Source: Podarcis pityusensis | Lineage: Eukaryota | NCBI GenBank assembly: GCA_964106645.2 | Contig: OZ067042.1 | DNA: 64,000 nt | Reading direction: 5' to 3' (one strand) | Part shown: piece by piece, positions 1-12,800 of the stretch | Numbering within the stretch: the first letter of the stretch is position 1 | Layout of the letters: each line of letters starts with the position of its first letter | Notes under the pieces: generated by a model | Database searches by the model: none | Told to the model about the DNA's origin: nothing | What the model saw: only the letters and a program-made list of their open reading frames with translations | Translations under genes and position numbers: made by a program

Positions 1-1770
1 CATAAGCCAGAGAAACAGGCTGTGAGCAACTGTGTCCACTTGTGGTTTGGCTCCCCACAGTATCTTTTCATGGAGCACCTGTGGTGAAAGGCAACTAGCT
101 ACCTCACAGGCAAAATCAGACACACAGATTCCACGGTGTACTTCCTTCTGCTGGAGCCATTAAGCACCTTAAATCATAATCATGGGCTTTGATTTATTCT
201 CTAAGGCTTTAGTTTCTGCCTGAGCCACCTACTTCAGAGCCAATCTCATGCATGTCTATTTGGAAGCAAACTCCATTGAATTCAATGAGGCTTACACTTA
301 CATAACTGTAATGGACCCTAGTTTCTATTTGATAGAATAAAATTTCCATATTCACTACCTTCATTAAAAACATACACGCCAAATTAGGAGTTTTATTTAT
401 TTTTATTTACTGCAATTTATTTAAGACTGTCCAGTAATATTCTTTAAAGCTGTGTTTATGTTATATTACCAGCTGGACCAAAGACTCACATGTATCTTTA
501 GCAGTGCCCTGACCACTCGGAAGGTAACTACCCAGTCTATATAATCACCAGGGCTACAGAATTCCTTTGTATGGTGAAAGACTATGCATGCCAGGTCCTT
601 GTAGCGTACATTACAGGAAGTTGTGGTGGAGGAGGGACATGTGGGCTTCTTCCTACATGAAGGGACTTCCTAGTCCTGTAGGAGCTGATCAGATGCAAGC
701 CCAGCCACCCCAATTCCATGGTAGCACCTCCAGAAGGGAGGAAATCAATGGGACAATGGGAAATGTTTTGTGTGCTGCTCTTGTCCCCCAGTCAGATAAA
801 CTGATGAGGGCTTGCAATGGCAGGACTTATGTCTCTCAGCAGCACTAATATTGCAAGACCCAGGATTTAAAGGTCTCGCAAGATTTTGAAGCAAGATTTC
901 TGGGACCTTATAAATGGCCTCACACATGGTAAGCCTCAATTGGGCTTCCACAAGTAAAGCATGATACCAATAGCATCTCCCTCCCTCCCCACCCCCATTT
1001 TATTGCCCTCTTTTATATGGCAATGTTCTGATCAATTCTCTGGCAATCTAATGAAGTTGTGGCTATTTTGCTCCAGCGCTGTGGCCTCATTTGTCATCTG
1101 TACAGTGTCTGTGTGTTATGTCTGGTTCAAACAGAATATGCAAATGATGTATGTTCTATGTTGTGGTGACCGTACTTTTGTTTTTCTCAAGCCCTTGGGA
1201 TGACATAGAGTAAAAAAAATAATCAATAAACCTTGACTATCTTAACAGTACAAATGTAGGTTGCTTGTGCTCCTGTTTATCAGGTTAAGGCTAAGAGGAA
1301 GGATTTGAACCCAGTTCCGTTGTCTTCAGATATGTATTTGAACAGCATCCTTGGCCATCTGTGTTTCTTACAGGCTAATGAAAATCCCTGGGAGCTGTTG
1401 AATGCTATTCTTAGACAAAACCTCATTATCTGGATTTCTGTACCATTGAAAGCATACAGATCACCCTGGAGAAGCTAATGGATGTAAATAAATCCACACC
1501 AATTAAGATGGTAAAAGAAAGAGAGTAATATGAAAGATCTTGTGTTCTCAAATGTGCTCTGTAACTGAATAGGGTTTTTTCATATAGGCTACATTGTTAA
1601 AGGAGTAATGCCATAATATAGCTCCACTCTGCCATTGCAAAGGAAATCAAAAACAATATAGCACGAAATAAGGTGTAATGGACCTCTTCTGTTAACAAGG
1701 ACCCAATACAATTATTTTTCCCACAGGCATCATTGCCAAGCCACACCTTTGTTCTCAATTGCTTCTACCT

Positions 1771-2533
1771 AGTTATGCATGTTATGGAGAAAATGGCTAG
1801 GAGAGAGGTTTTTCTTCCTGTCTCATAGACTAGAACCCAGGACCATCGAATACAGCTGAAGGTTGGAAGATTCAGGACAGGTAAGAGGAAGCACTTCTTC
1901 GTAACTAAACTATAGAATTAGTTCCTGCCAGATGTAGTGACAAACATCTAGTAGGATAGCTTTAAAAGAGAATTGGACTAATTCATGAACTAATTCTAGG
2001 CATCATAGCTGTGTTTTGCCTCCAGTGTCAGAGGCAGTATGCTGGGAATCACGTGGAGAGACGTGCTGTTGCATTTGGGCCCTGTTTGTGGGCTTCCCAA
2101 ACCAACTGGTTGGCCAATGTGCAGAGCCGACCCACCCATGAGGTTGGGTGAAGCAGCCGCCTGAGGTGGCGGACAATGCAAGAGGCAACCTCTCCACTGG
2201 TGCTATGCCCATTCCACTGCTTCCGCTGCCACCAGAGAAGCAATCCAGGTAAGGGAGGTTTCGGCAGCAGTAGAGCAGCACAGCATTCTGCCACTTAGCT
2301 TTGCCCTGCTGGTCCCTCTGCGCCCCTAGGGGCAGAGGGAGACCAGCAGCAAAGCTCTCTGGAATGCCTCCCTCTTGCTGAGCTGGTGTTCCAGGCGCCC
2401 TTGCTCCACCACCTCCCAGTGGTGAGGTTGTATTTCCTTGAGGGAAAGGTACAAACCATCTCTGGTCAATGTGAGAACAGGATGCCCTTGATTGTTTTTG
2501 GCCTGATCCAGCAGTGATATTCTTATATTCTTA
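1771..2533 (+). mobile_element. Degenerate CR1 LINE 3' end, interrupted by an insertion at ~2122-2455
   Basis: Squamate CR1 3' motifs (ggaagattcaggacag, gctttaaaagag..attggac, gtgagaacaggatgc, ggcctgatccagc..ttcttat.ttctta tail). Confidence 0.7.
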
Positions 2534-3178
2534 TTACTTTAGGATACAACTCATAAGCAGTCGTGCGGGGGACTTATTTGGGACAGAAAATATCATATAA
2601 ATATGAAAAATATTGCAGGTGACAGTCTGTGGAAGTCTGCTGGGGTAGAAGGTCTTTTGAAGTCTCTTTCTCATGGTCTTTGAAACCCAGAATTATAGCC
2701 CACTCCCTGCTTGCCTGGTCCCTGGCTCAGTCCAACTCTATGCCACAGGTACACATACGCGGGCAACCGTTTTCTGGGCAAATACATTGGTTTTATTTAT
2801 AGGCAAAGCAGGCAAGAATTGGCACTCAATAAACAAAGAGCATCGGAAATGGGCATCGGGCAACAGCTTTTTCTTCCAGCCTTAGGAGCCTTCAGAACAG
2901 AGCTGCAGCCATGGGTATTATGTGTGTGTCTCTTTTGGTGAACTGAGTGGAAGACTATGAGCCACAGGAATTCAGCAATGCTTTATTTTTCCGTTGTAAG
3001 GTTGCTAAAGTGGTCAATATTGCTTTGTGGATTATGAGTGCTGTAATGCTTTGTGAATCTTATGAAACGACTTTCTTGTGGTTGTGCTGTTTAGCTTATA
3101 CTTTTCATTGTTTTGTTAATAGTGTTTACAGTGTTTTATAGAAGGTTGTTGTTTTACTGGTGATTTGTAATTGTTTTA

Positions 3179-3404
3179 CAGTGGTACCTCGGGTTAAGTA
3201 CTTAATTCATTCTGGAGGTCTGTTCTTAACCTGAAACTGTTCTTAACCTGAAGCACCACTTTAGCTAATGGGGCCTCCCGCTGCTGCCGCGCCGCCGGAG
3301 CATGATTTCTGTTCTTATCCTGAAGCAAAGTTCTTAACCTGAAGCACTATTTCTGGGTTAGCAGAGTCGGTAACCTGAAGCGTATGTAACCCGAGGTACC
3401 ACTG
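3179..3404. mobile_element. Tc1/mariner (Tigger/pogo-like) MITE
   Basis: TIRs CAGTGGTACCTCGGGTTA / TAACCCGAGGTACCACTG, TA duplication on both sides, internal taacctgaa repeats. Confidence 0.93.
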
Positions 3405-5342
3405 TACTGTTGATTCTATGCTTTGATACACCACAAGCAAGTACTAAGCCACTATTCTATCTGAGAAGCTATCACTGATTTTTAAGTAATGCATTGGAGT
3501 GAAGGTTAAGGGTGCAGTGCAACCCAAGACATATGTAATCTGATGTGAACCCCATTGACTTCAGTGGGGCTTCCTTTCTCCAGGGGAGTGGGTATATGAT
3601 CCCAGCCCAAGTTCCATTGATCTCAGAGGGGAAAACCTAAGCACATGGGACTGGTTTTGTGCCTTATTTTGTGTGCTCATCCTGCTCCACAACGCCATCT
3701 TATATCACAGCAAAGTTTTCCTCTCCTTTCCCTACTTCCATGCTGTATATAAGAAGCAATTGCTCAGCTGCTTGGAATGATGGGCTGTGCATTTTTCAAA
3801 GGCATTACTTAACTCAGAAGAGGTACAGTTTAAGTATCTTTATGGGTATCTCATTTCTTATGAATTTTTCAATAGGAGATAAAATGAGGTAATGTGCAAT
3901 GGAGAGAGGAAGCTGTGGGCTTTTTTGTAGTTGTTGTTACTTCTCCCTTTTCAAATGGTTTTGTTTTGTTTTTAAAAATCTGTCATTTGCAGGAAAAACA
4001 CCATGTTTAATATACAAAATCTTGTGGCTTGAAAGAACCTTTTCTTCCCCTCTCAGACTATTTTGTTCTGCCTATGTAACCTGGGAATTTGGATAATTTC
4101 AACCTTGGTTAAAGCCCTTGTAGCTAACTAAAATGAAGCTTGTTAAGAGGTCAACAATGATAAAAGGGGGATAATGGTCACATGTTATTTACTAAACCGA
4201 TTCCTGTGTACACATTACTGCTTGCTCTGGCTCCATTCTGCTCCCAGCACTGGTGCTTGAAGCCAAGGTACACATGCCGTTAGCCACAATCCATAGGTAT
4301 CCTGTAGCTTCTGGAGACTCTTTCCTGTTTGATGGGCTTTCTTTCCCACATAGGAGCTTCCATCCAATTAGAAAATGGAAGCCATTGTTGAACCGGGGTG
4401 CATACATTTCAGGCAGCCAATACGCAAGTGCAGATGACAACTTCAGTCAACTGAAGTTTGGTGCAGGGAAACGAAGCGGTTAATGTGCATCAGGTGTTGA
4501 CATCCCTGCCCCCCATCTGGTTCTACAACCACTTGATTTAGCCTGGCAAATAAAAGTGAGCCTTCCCTGTAGGATGCTTGGGTCATCTTCTGTACCAGGG
4601 TGGAGCTCCTCTTCACTCCAAATGTATCACAAGTGCATCAAATTGCCGTTTTGTGGTCAATATGGTGTCCATCCTTTTTTTTTGAAGCTTTGGTGGTACT
4701 TCATTCTTTCTGAAAGCTTTTGTTGTGCTGTTTGTTGCATGCTTCCTTTGTCTTACTGGAATATGAATGCTGAACATTCCACCCATACCTTGAGTTTTGA
4801 GTGTAGCACATAAAATGAATAGCCCTCAAGAGAGGAGTGACAGTAATACAGCTGCCTTTGTGAGATGGGCAAAAAGCACACTGTTCAACCAAGCACCACT
4901 TGACCAGTTTCTTACATTTCGTGGGAACTGTTCTAGCCATTGATATGGGACTGAGATGCATACTAAGAGGTTCATGGCTCTCTCCTCTGCTGCACACTTC
5001 TGTGTGTGTGGCTGGACCCGTTACTTTTCGATGTCAGCCCTGCCCATCTGCAGTGTGGGGGTGATGGGCTACGTTTACTAAATTGCTGTTACATATTTTC
5101 AGAATTGCTATGTTCCTGGATGGAGGACATTCTAAACTTTTATTTGGTAGCCTCCTTCCAATAGTTAGCATAATAACTGGGAAGGCAGAAAGTACTAGAT
5201 TTCTTCTGTATATACCTCCAGGTGTGTGTGTATGCTTTCTAGATGGGGTGAAAACTCTCTTCATTTTAAGTTCTTACTGCACTTTTTAAAAACTCAGCTT
5301 GGATTAATTATCTGTACAGAGGAGAAGCAAATATATCTAGGG

Positions 5343-5592
5343 CATGGGTAGGCAAACTAAGGCCCAAGGGCCGGATCTGGCCCAATCGCCTTCTCAATCC
5401 GGCCCGCGGACAGTCCGGGAATCAGTGTGTTTTTACATGAGTAGAATGTATCCTTTTTCCAAAAATGCATCTCTGGGTTATTTGTGGGGCATAGGAATTT
5501 ATTCATATTCCCCCCCCCCATATAGTCCAGCCCCCCACAAGGTCCGAGGGACAGTGGACCGGCCCCCTGCTGAAAAAGTTTGCGGACCCCTG
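5343..5592. mobile_element. hAT (Charlie-like) MITE
   Basis: Termini CATGGGTAGGCAAACT / AGTTTGCGGACCCCTG; perfect 8-bp TSD ATCTAGGG at 5335-5342 and 5593-5600. Confidence 0.92.
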
Positions 5593-7689
5593 ATCTAGGG
5601 GTTATAGATGCAAAATGTTCCCGTTTCCTTCGGAGGTATTGCAGTGCTTTTAAATGTGTGTTTGTCCTTATGTTTATTTTTATGGTGGTAATAAGGCTGC
5701 CATGAATGCAAGGTTAAAACTTGCTCTAAAGAGAGAATGGTTTGTGCCAATCACCAACTCTCCCTTTGAACAAGCTTGTTTAAGACAGAGTTTGTCTCAA
5801 AACAGTTTTGCTTCTTCCTCTGCATTTTCTTGATTGAGATCTTCACAGCACTTAAGGAGCATTCACATGATTGATTGCAGTGGCTGAGCAACATAAATAT
5901 CTACTTGAAATGTCATTGTGTCTTAATGCAATATCAGCCTTTGCAGGGTTGGGGAATAATCATTCCTTGCAACGCACACATTGTCAAATGGACGAATTAA
6001 TTAAACTGGAATCACAATGTTCCAAGAAAATATATATATAAAAATACAAGCGTGTTAAGGAATTATAGTATAAAAATTACCTTGTTGTTTAATTGCTACA
6101 TATATTGCTGCATTGAATGAGTTCAGTGAGGTCTCCTCCTAGGGACCATATATCAGATCTGCTGTTTTGAGTAGTCCTCAGTCTATTGTGAAAAATATTT
6201 GTATTTCTAGCAATATCATTCACATTTGGGGGGGTCACTTTAGTTTTATTTAGGTTTGTTATACATCCCTGAGATATGACTAAAGTATTGAGGGGCACGT
6301 TATGGTTTAAAGAAATGCAGACTATTGCTTAAGCAAAAATAAATAAATTGGGAGACAGATTTCGCTTGAGCTGTACAGTGCAGTCGTGAAGAGTGAGACT
6401 ATGAGTGTGACCTAGGAAGTCTGCACCAGTTCCTGGTTTGGTGAGGCCTGGGGCCAAGAAGCTGTTGGGGGGGGGACACCTCCTTCTCTGGGGTGCTTGA
6501 CTCCAAACACACACACAGCACAGCACAATTACTTCCTTCTCCTTTGCAGGTCTTGAAGCCTATTTCAGGCAACTTTTTCTTTAAAAGATACCGAGATCCT
6601 ACTGCTATTATTAGCTGTGTTTGAGAGGTGTGTGTGTTTTTTTAAGGGTTAGCTAGTTTTAAATATTTTAGCACATGATTCCTTGAGTATAAGTAGAGCT
6701 TCCCATGTAAGCTGATATTTGCTAGTAAAAGCCTGTCAAGATTTATGGTCCAACAGTAAGTCTGAAATGTTATCTGTCAGTTTGTAGCTGTTGGTTTTTT
6801 GTTTTTTTATTTTGGCTGGTTCCCTCAAAGAAATAGGGCACAGCAGCTGGACAAAGACTGGGCTCTTCCTGGGTTCAGCGTTTATGCTCCAACCATCTCC
6901 CTTATGCAGTCAGTCAATAACTGCGCTGGCCAACTTTCTATTTTCTATCAATAAACATCACGGTGCACAAAGAGCTCGATCCTATGATATCTTCTCTGAA
7001 TAATAAAAGTGTCTTTTCCTAATGGCAGCCATCAGCCCCGGGGCTTGTCGGAGAGCATCTCCAAATCCTGCAACAAAAGCATTTGCTGGAATGTGAAATC
7101 CCTACAGAGGGCAGATGCTGTAAGGCGTTTTCCTTTTTTTAAAAAAAAGGCACAGAAATTTTTACATTAGTTCCTAATCTGTGCAGCAAAGGAAGCTTTC
7201 TCTCTCTCTCAAGCAAAACTGCAATTGTAGCAGTTTCTGTTTATAGACGGTTTTGATTCTCCATTTGGGAATTACTGGACAACAGAGAAAGAGAGATTTG
7301 GCTGCTGTGCAGTCATTAGGAGCTGCTGTTCCTTGAACAGACTTCCACTTATTCATCACATTTGGCACTGCACTGCTAAAATAACCCTGACCAGGAGTCT
7401 CATCTTCAAATTAGGGCATGGGCGGTGGAGGAAGGGGATGCATGCTGAATGGGCTGGCTAGGACAGGAGGAGAGCAGCCACGGAGAGACACAGCAGCCAT
7501 CCCCCCCCCCCCCCACTTCCGAATTGGCCTTTGGTCTGATCCAGCAGAGCTACTCGTGTGTTCCTAAAAAGTAAGCAACAAAACAAAAGGGGATGGGGAT
7601 GCAGCCAGGCTCTTGCTTCTGCAATGGAACATAATGAGTGCCTGTCCCTGAGCTGCAAAAACATACCGTACTCTGCATTTAATGCCCCC

Positions 7690-7765
7690 CCCCCCAATCC
7701 TGGGAACTGTAGCTCTGTGAGCGGTAAACAGTAGTTTACTCCTCACAGAGCTACAATTCCCAAAC
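7690..7765. mobile_element. Fragment of palindromic MITE family (same as 30973-31425)
   Basis: Hairpin gggaactgtagctctgtgag...ctcacagagctacaattccc; same motifs occur inside the 31 kb element. Confidence 0.65.
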
Positions 7766-8320
7766 AACACCGCCTGTTTCTTTTCACAGAATGATTCGGT
7801 ATTTTAAATACCAGCCCCCTCCTCCCCTTGTTAAAAAGCTTTTAAAATAATGTTTTGTGGACAAATGAATGTTTTAAAACATAGGTGTGCAATAATGCAG
7901 CGGTTGCTTTTTAAGCACATGCATGCCGTCTCTTCTGTCTTTAATGGTGAAGCAGGCCAGCTCTTGCCCATTCAGAAATCTCTGAAGGGCTGGCTGTGGG
8001 CCAGCTCCAGATGTGAGCGAAACAAATTGTGTGCACCAACGGGTGGCTCTGGGTACAGGGATGTGCATCCAGTCATCTCAATGAGGCCTGAATGAGCATT
8101 GTGAGATGGGCTGGGGAATGTGCCCACAGCTGTGCAGTGGCATCCAGATGGGCTGCTTGTGCACATGGACTGAGGCGTTCTTTACATTTTAAAACGTGTC
8201 TGGGGAACCAAACATTCTGAAAAGGATTACAGGTTTCACAAAAGAAGTAGTAAAAGTCTTTCTCCAAAAGCTGTCTGGTTGGCTGGTGTTTTTGTTGGTC
8301 ACCGGGCAAAAAATGTGCAT

Positions 8321-8338
8321 GATGCCATCTTGTGGCCA
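8321..8338 (-). promoter_or_regulatory. Candidate CTCF site
   Basis: TGGCCACAAGATGGCATC on - strand, close match to the CTCF core; motif match only. Confidence 0.5.
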
Positions 8339-9869
8339 AATGTTTCCACTTTTTATGCACCAGAATAGCCACAATCCAGCAACGATTCAGCCTAATCTGC
8401 AGCATAGTGTTGTTTTGAAGATGATAAAAAAGAAGAAGAAAAGATTGGTGCAGGAGGAAAGGGAAGTAGATCCATATGCACCTTGGCAGAAAGGTAGGGC
8501 ATCAAATGTAGTGAATAAAAAAAAATATGGCAAATAATTTGGGGGCCCATTGATGTGACCAGACTGCATGGCCCAAAATCATTAGATGGTTTAATCTTAC
8601 TGCAGTACTGAGTTTATTAATATGAAAGGCCTAGGAAAACAGTAATTCTGTAACTACTTAAATTTTGCTGATCACCTTTGAAATGATGATGTTTTTTAGG
8701 ATGCATATTCTGACATTGTTTTGGGCATGGCTTGCTGTTGAAGAGTAGCAAATACCTTGAAACCCATGTTGTGGCCTAATCGAGGTGAGATTCCACTGCG
8801 TTTTTTCTTGAGAATAAGTTATTGATACTGTAATGGCAGGTTTTTTTTGCTTTGTTTTTAACAATAATGTGCTTAATAATTATTTTTGTTAAGCCCTGCA
8901 ATTGAGACAATGAAGATTTGATTTGGGGTTGTTATCTGACAGCGTTCTGTCAGGCTGGTCAATATTTTGTGTGTGTAGCACACTGATTGACTCATGATGT
9001 GAGATAATGTTCTCTTTTATCTCAGCCTTACTGGTCCTTGGTAAATCCAGGTTACTCAAGCGTCAGTTTGACTGCCTGTACATACTTGTGTAAGATTTAC
9101 CATGTTATTTCAGAGCCTTTGATGGAAGGCATTGCGTAAGAACAAAGCCTCGTTTGTTTCTTAAAAGACTAGATCCACACTCACATGGTGCTGCGTAGCA
9201 GACAGGGAATCCTGCCATTTGTCTTTGGGAATGCTCTGAGGATTCCCTTGTACCCAGTAAAGGGTATGACCCGCATTACAGCTTACATGTAGCTCTTTGT
9301 AAACTTAGCCAGCTGAGCTTTAAAACAAATTAGATCCCCCCTTCCATTATTAAAGGAGGATCATTCTAATGCCTCTGAAAGCATGAAAATCTCTTCTTCA
9401 ACCTGAAGTTATCAATGGAGGTCAACTTCTTATCCGTTGACTTCCATCAAAGAATACCAAGTACAGTATCTCCCCACAACTGTCAACACCAGAATAAGTT
9501 ATGCAAAGTAATTCTATGGAACCTATGGATTACGCAAATATGTGTGAACTGTGTTGCAGAATGTTTACAGGTTGCAGAATTTCACTTTTCTAGTCATAAA
9601 ATTGAAGCTATCTTTGGGCTAGAGGTTTTATCGTTCGTTTTCAATGCACACAGATCTCTCCAGCCCCATTCCTCCATCTATGAAGATGACTATATGTAAA
9701 CAAACGTCTCTCTCCCGATAAACTGCGACCTTGCCTTTCTTTCATCTGACTCTCGGCATGGGGACCGAGCTGTCCCCATTGTGCCGCTGCTGAGAGGTTA
9801 AAAGGGTTGGATACAGCAATCCCTTGGGTGATAAAAAAACTGTTTACAAATGTATTAAACATAAAAGGA

Positions 9870-12800
9870 AACAGATAGTAACATTTTTTATTAAATATTA
9901 CAGTGGATCAAAAAGTACAAAATATCTTTGCTTGCTATGTGATTGGGAAACTATTGGCACATAATACAGTATCAAAAGCATTAATACATACAATTTGGAA
10001 AACATACAAAAATTGAGTGTTTATAGTTGGCTCAGCTTTTTTTTCTTTCTTTCTGGTAGTGTTTAAACTTATTTAATTTGAAAGGTTACTCAGTAACCCT
10101 TTTATTCTTTTAAAAAATGGGAAAACTATATAATATTACTGGGCCATTTTTTTTCTATATACAAATAATCACCTTACAGAGCATATAAGCTACAATAACT
10201 TGAATCACAAGAATGTATACACTATTTACAACAAAAGAACGCTCAAAACAAAGTATAAACAGCTAGTAGATTATGCTGCCTTTGTTAGACCATATTTAAA
10301 ACTATGGGAGGGGAGGAATACATGTAAAATATCAAATACATTTACAGCTAACACCGGTTAAGTGCTCAATAATGATAGTTTCAATACTGCAGACCTCATT
10401 ATCAGTGAAATATTTTCCCACTATAAGCATTACGAATTGTGAAATGGGGCCAGGCTTGACTACGCTCCTTGCTGTACAATCGGATCACATGGAATAACGA
10501 GTGAGTAGAAGCCAACCTCTCCCTTTAAAGGCACACACCACACAACCTATTTCTGTGGCCATCTACTGGCTTCTGTGAGCCACACAACAGAATAGGACAG
10601 AGCTGGAACATATGGGGACTAGTCAAGAAAACAGTGAGACAGAAGTGACTTTGGCTCTGTTTAACTCTTGCACGGCTGCTGCCTCTCTGGTTGCTCCTGT
10701 GCCACCCCCAGTTAGGGCTGCTTACACAATTAGGCATCACCCGAGAGACATTTCCCTGAGTGGCGGAGGAACAACTACACTATCACACCATTCCAGCTAA
10801 CGTGTAAAATGGGGCCAAAATTACTCTCAGCTTTTCTTGATGCAGAAGTTACCTGGAGTGGATTAACCATGGAAACAGTAACAATCCCATTACTCCAGGT
10901 ACTATATTAAACAGGGCTCAAGTCACAGGTTTCATTGGCTTGCGGCCTGCGTGCTTAAGGATTCATGGAGCAGTTCAATAAGCCAGGAACACTTCTTAGC
11001 TTTATGTTGGGCTTCAGATGGAATTGGGAAACTCTTCTGATTACTAAAGTGAGAATCCAGTTGCAAAAGGCCTCACCCAACACAAACCCCTCCCCATGTC
11101 AATGGCTTCTAAAAAGACAGTTCTATCAAGGGGAGGGAAAGGTTTTCTTTGTCTTTAATCTCATCAACCTTCAGAATCTTTAATGAATCCTGAACAGAGT
11201 GAGTTGGAATTGCAACATTTCTTGGGACCAACTCATGGTAAATAGATTTATCACTCTGTTGCCAATTAAACTGTTTTCTTTACCAATCTACCAATAACAA
11301 AAAAAACTTGTGCAATTTCATTCAGTAAGGCCCCTTGAACTCAAACAAAGCAAACAAAGCCCCATTTAAGTCACAGAAAGTAGTCTTCTGCCAGTGGAAA
11401 ATGCAATACTTAATAGAAATCATGGATTTTTTAAAAGCATTCTTAGGCACCCCACCCCACCAATGGTATGAGCTATGTCCTCATTGCTCTTCATTTACCC
11501 TCATCTTGGCCAATGCATCATGAGCTTTCTAAAAATAAGCCAATCTTCCTATTGAAAAAAGCAAGAGGAACACACACAAAAAGGGGGGGGGGGGAATCAA
11601 TTAACCCTGCACTGTGATCTGTCCGAACAACTTTCAAAACGATGCATGAAACTGAAATTGGAGACTTACAAAATAAGCACACGAGGTTAAGATTTAACAG
11701 TATGGTTATCAAATCAAACTTTCAAAAATGAGTCATCCTAGGGTTGTGGGATTTGGAATAAATGGACAGTCAAGTACCCTCATATGCACGCATAGCTCCT
11801 GTGCAGGAGGGCAGCCCCATTCCTTTCAAGAGGGTGGGGAGCTAAGTATGTGCCAGAGGATTTGTGCACAGTGCGACCCTCTCTACTGGAGGGAAAGGGG
11901 TAGGATAGGGGCGTACCACTGTAAGCAATGTGGAGCTACCTCTGCATGCAGTAAATGACTTGCTAAGGGTGTGCTGTTCCAAAACGAGGGACAATCCTTT
12001 TAAAACAAGGGACATCCCTTACTGTAAGGGGGATCAGGCAACCCTACATGCAGATTATCCCAAACAAATCAGAGATGCATTACATCCTGGATTACCAAAC
12101 CAGGCACATAATTCTAACAGTCATTGCAGGCTTATACAACCCTGCCAACTTCCCTTCCCCCTCCCCACCTTGATTATTATATTAGTCAGGTTTAGTGCAA
12201 TTTTTTTGTATACTAATAATGCCCTCTATGGCATCTGATCAACTTAGAATGTGATTGTTGTTGTTTTTTTAATGCTCCGAGCACAGCAGGAAAAAGAAAA
12301 GCAAAAGTCGGCGTTGGCACATTTATCTTCTAAAGTCTACTAGCCTGCTTATGCATCATCAGTTCATATAATTTTACCACAAGAACATAAAAGCGTTAAA
12401 TTGAAGATAACATCGATCTTTAACAGTAGATGTCTATTATTTTGTTGTTTTTTTCCACCACTGTATATTAAATAGGTTACATTATATATTGCAGTTGGCT
12501 TCATATCACAGGAAATTTCAATATAGGATGTTTGGCATGCATGCACGATGTTGCTTAAGTAGTTTCCACTAGTTTCCAGTAGTTTTGATTATTACTGTAT
12601 TTGAATTGCAATCTGGGATGGGTTCAGCTCACAACCGATTTTCACATTGTAAAACGCCTCAAAAAGTTCAGCCTCTCTGGGTGGCTGTCCATACTTCCAG
12701 ACCCAGCACAGAAAGGTTCCTCCAAATAAATCCACATCGTTGTAGGTTGATTTTCCCCATGGAAAAAACCCAAACCCACCAGCTTCACTTACGGACTTGT

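Noticed and set aside
1-9800. 3' exons of a neighbouring gene (RTKN2 is the mammalian neighbour)
   Set aside because: No recognisable coding exon; only repeats and intergenic sequence
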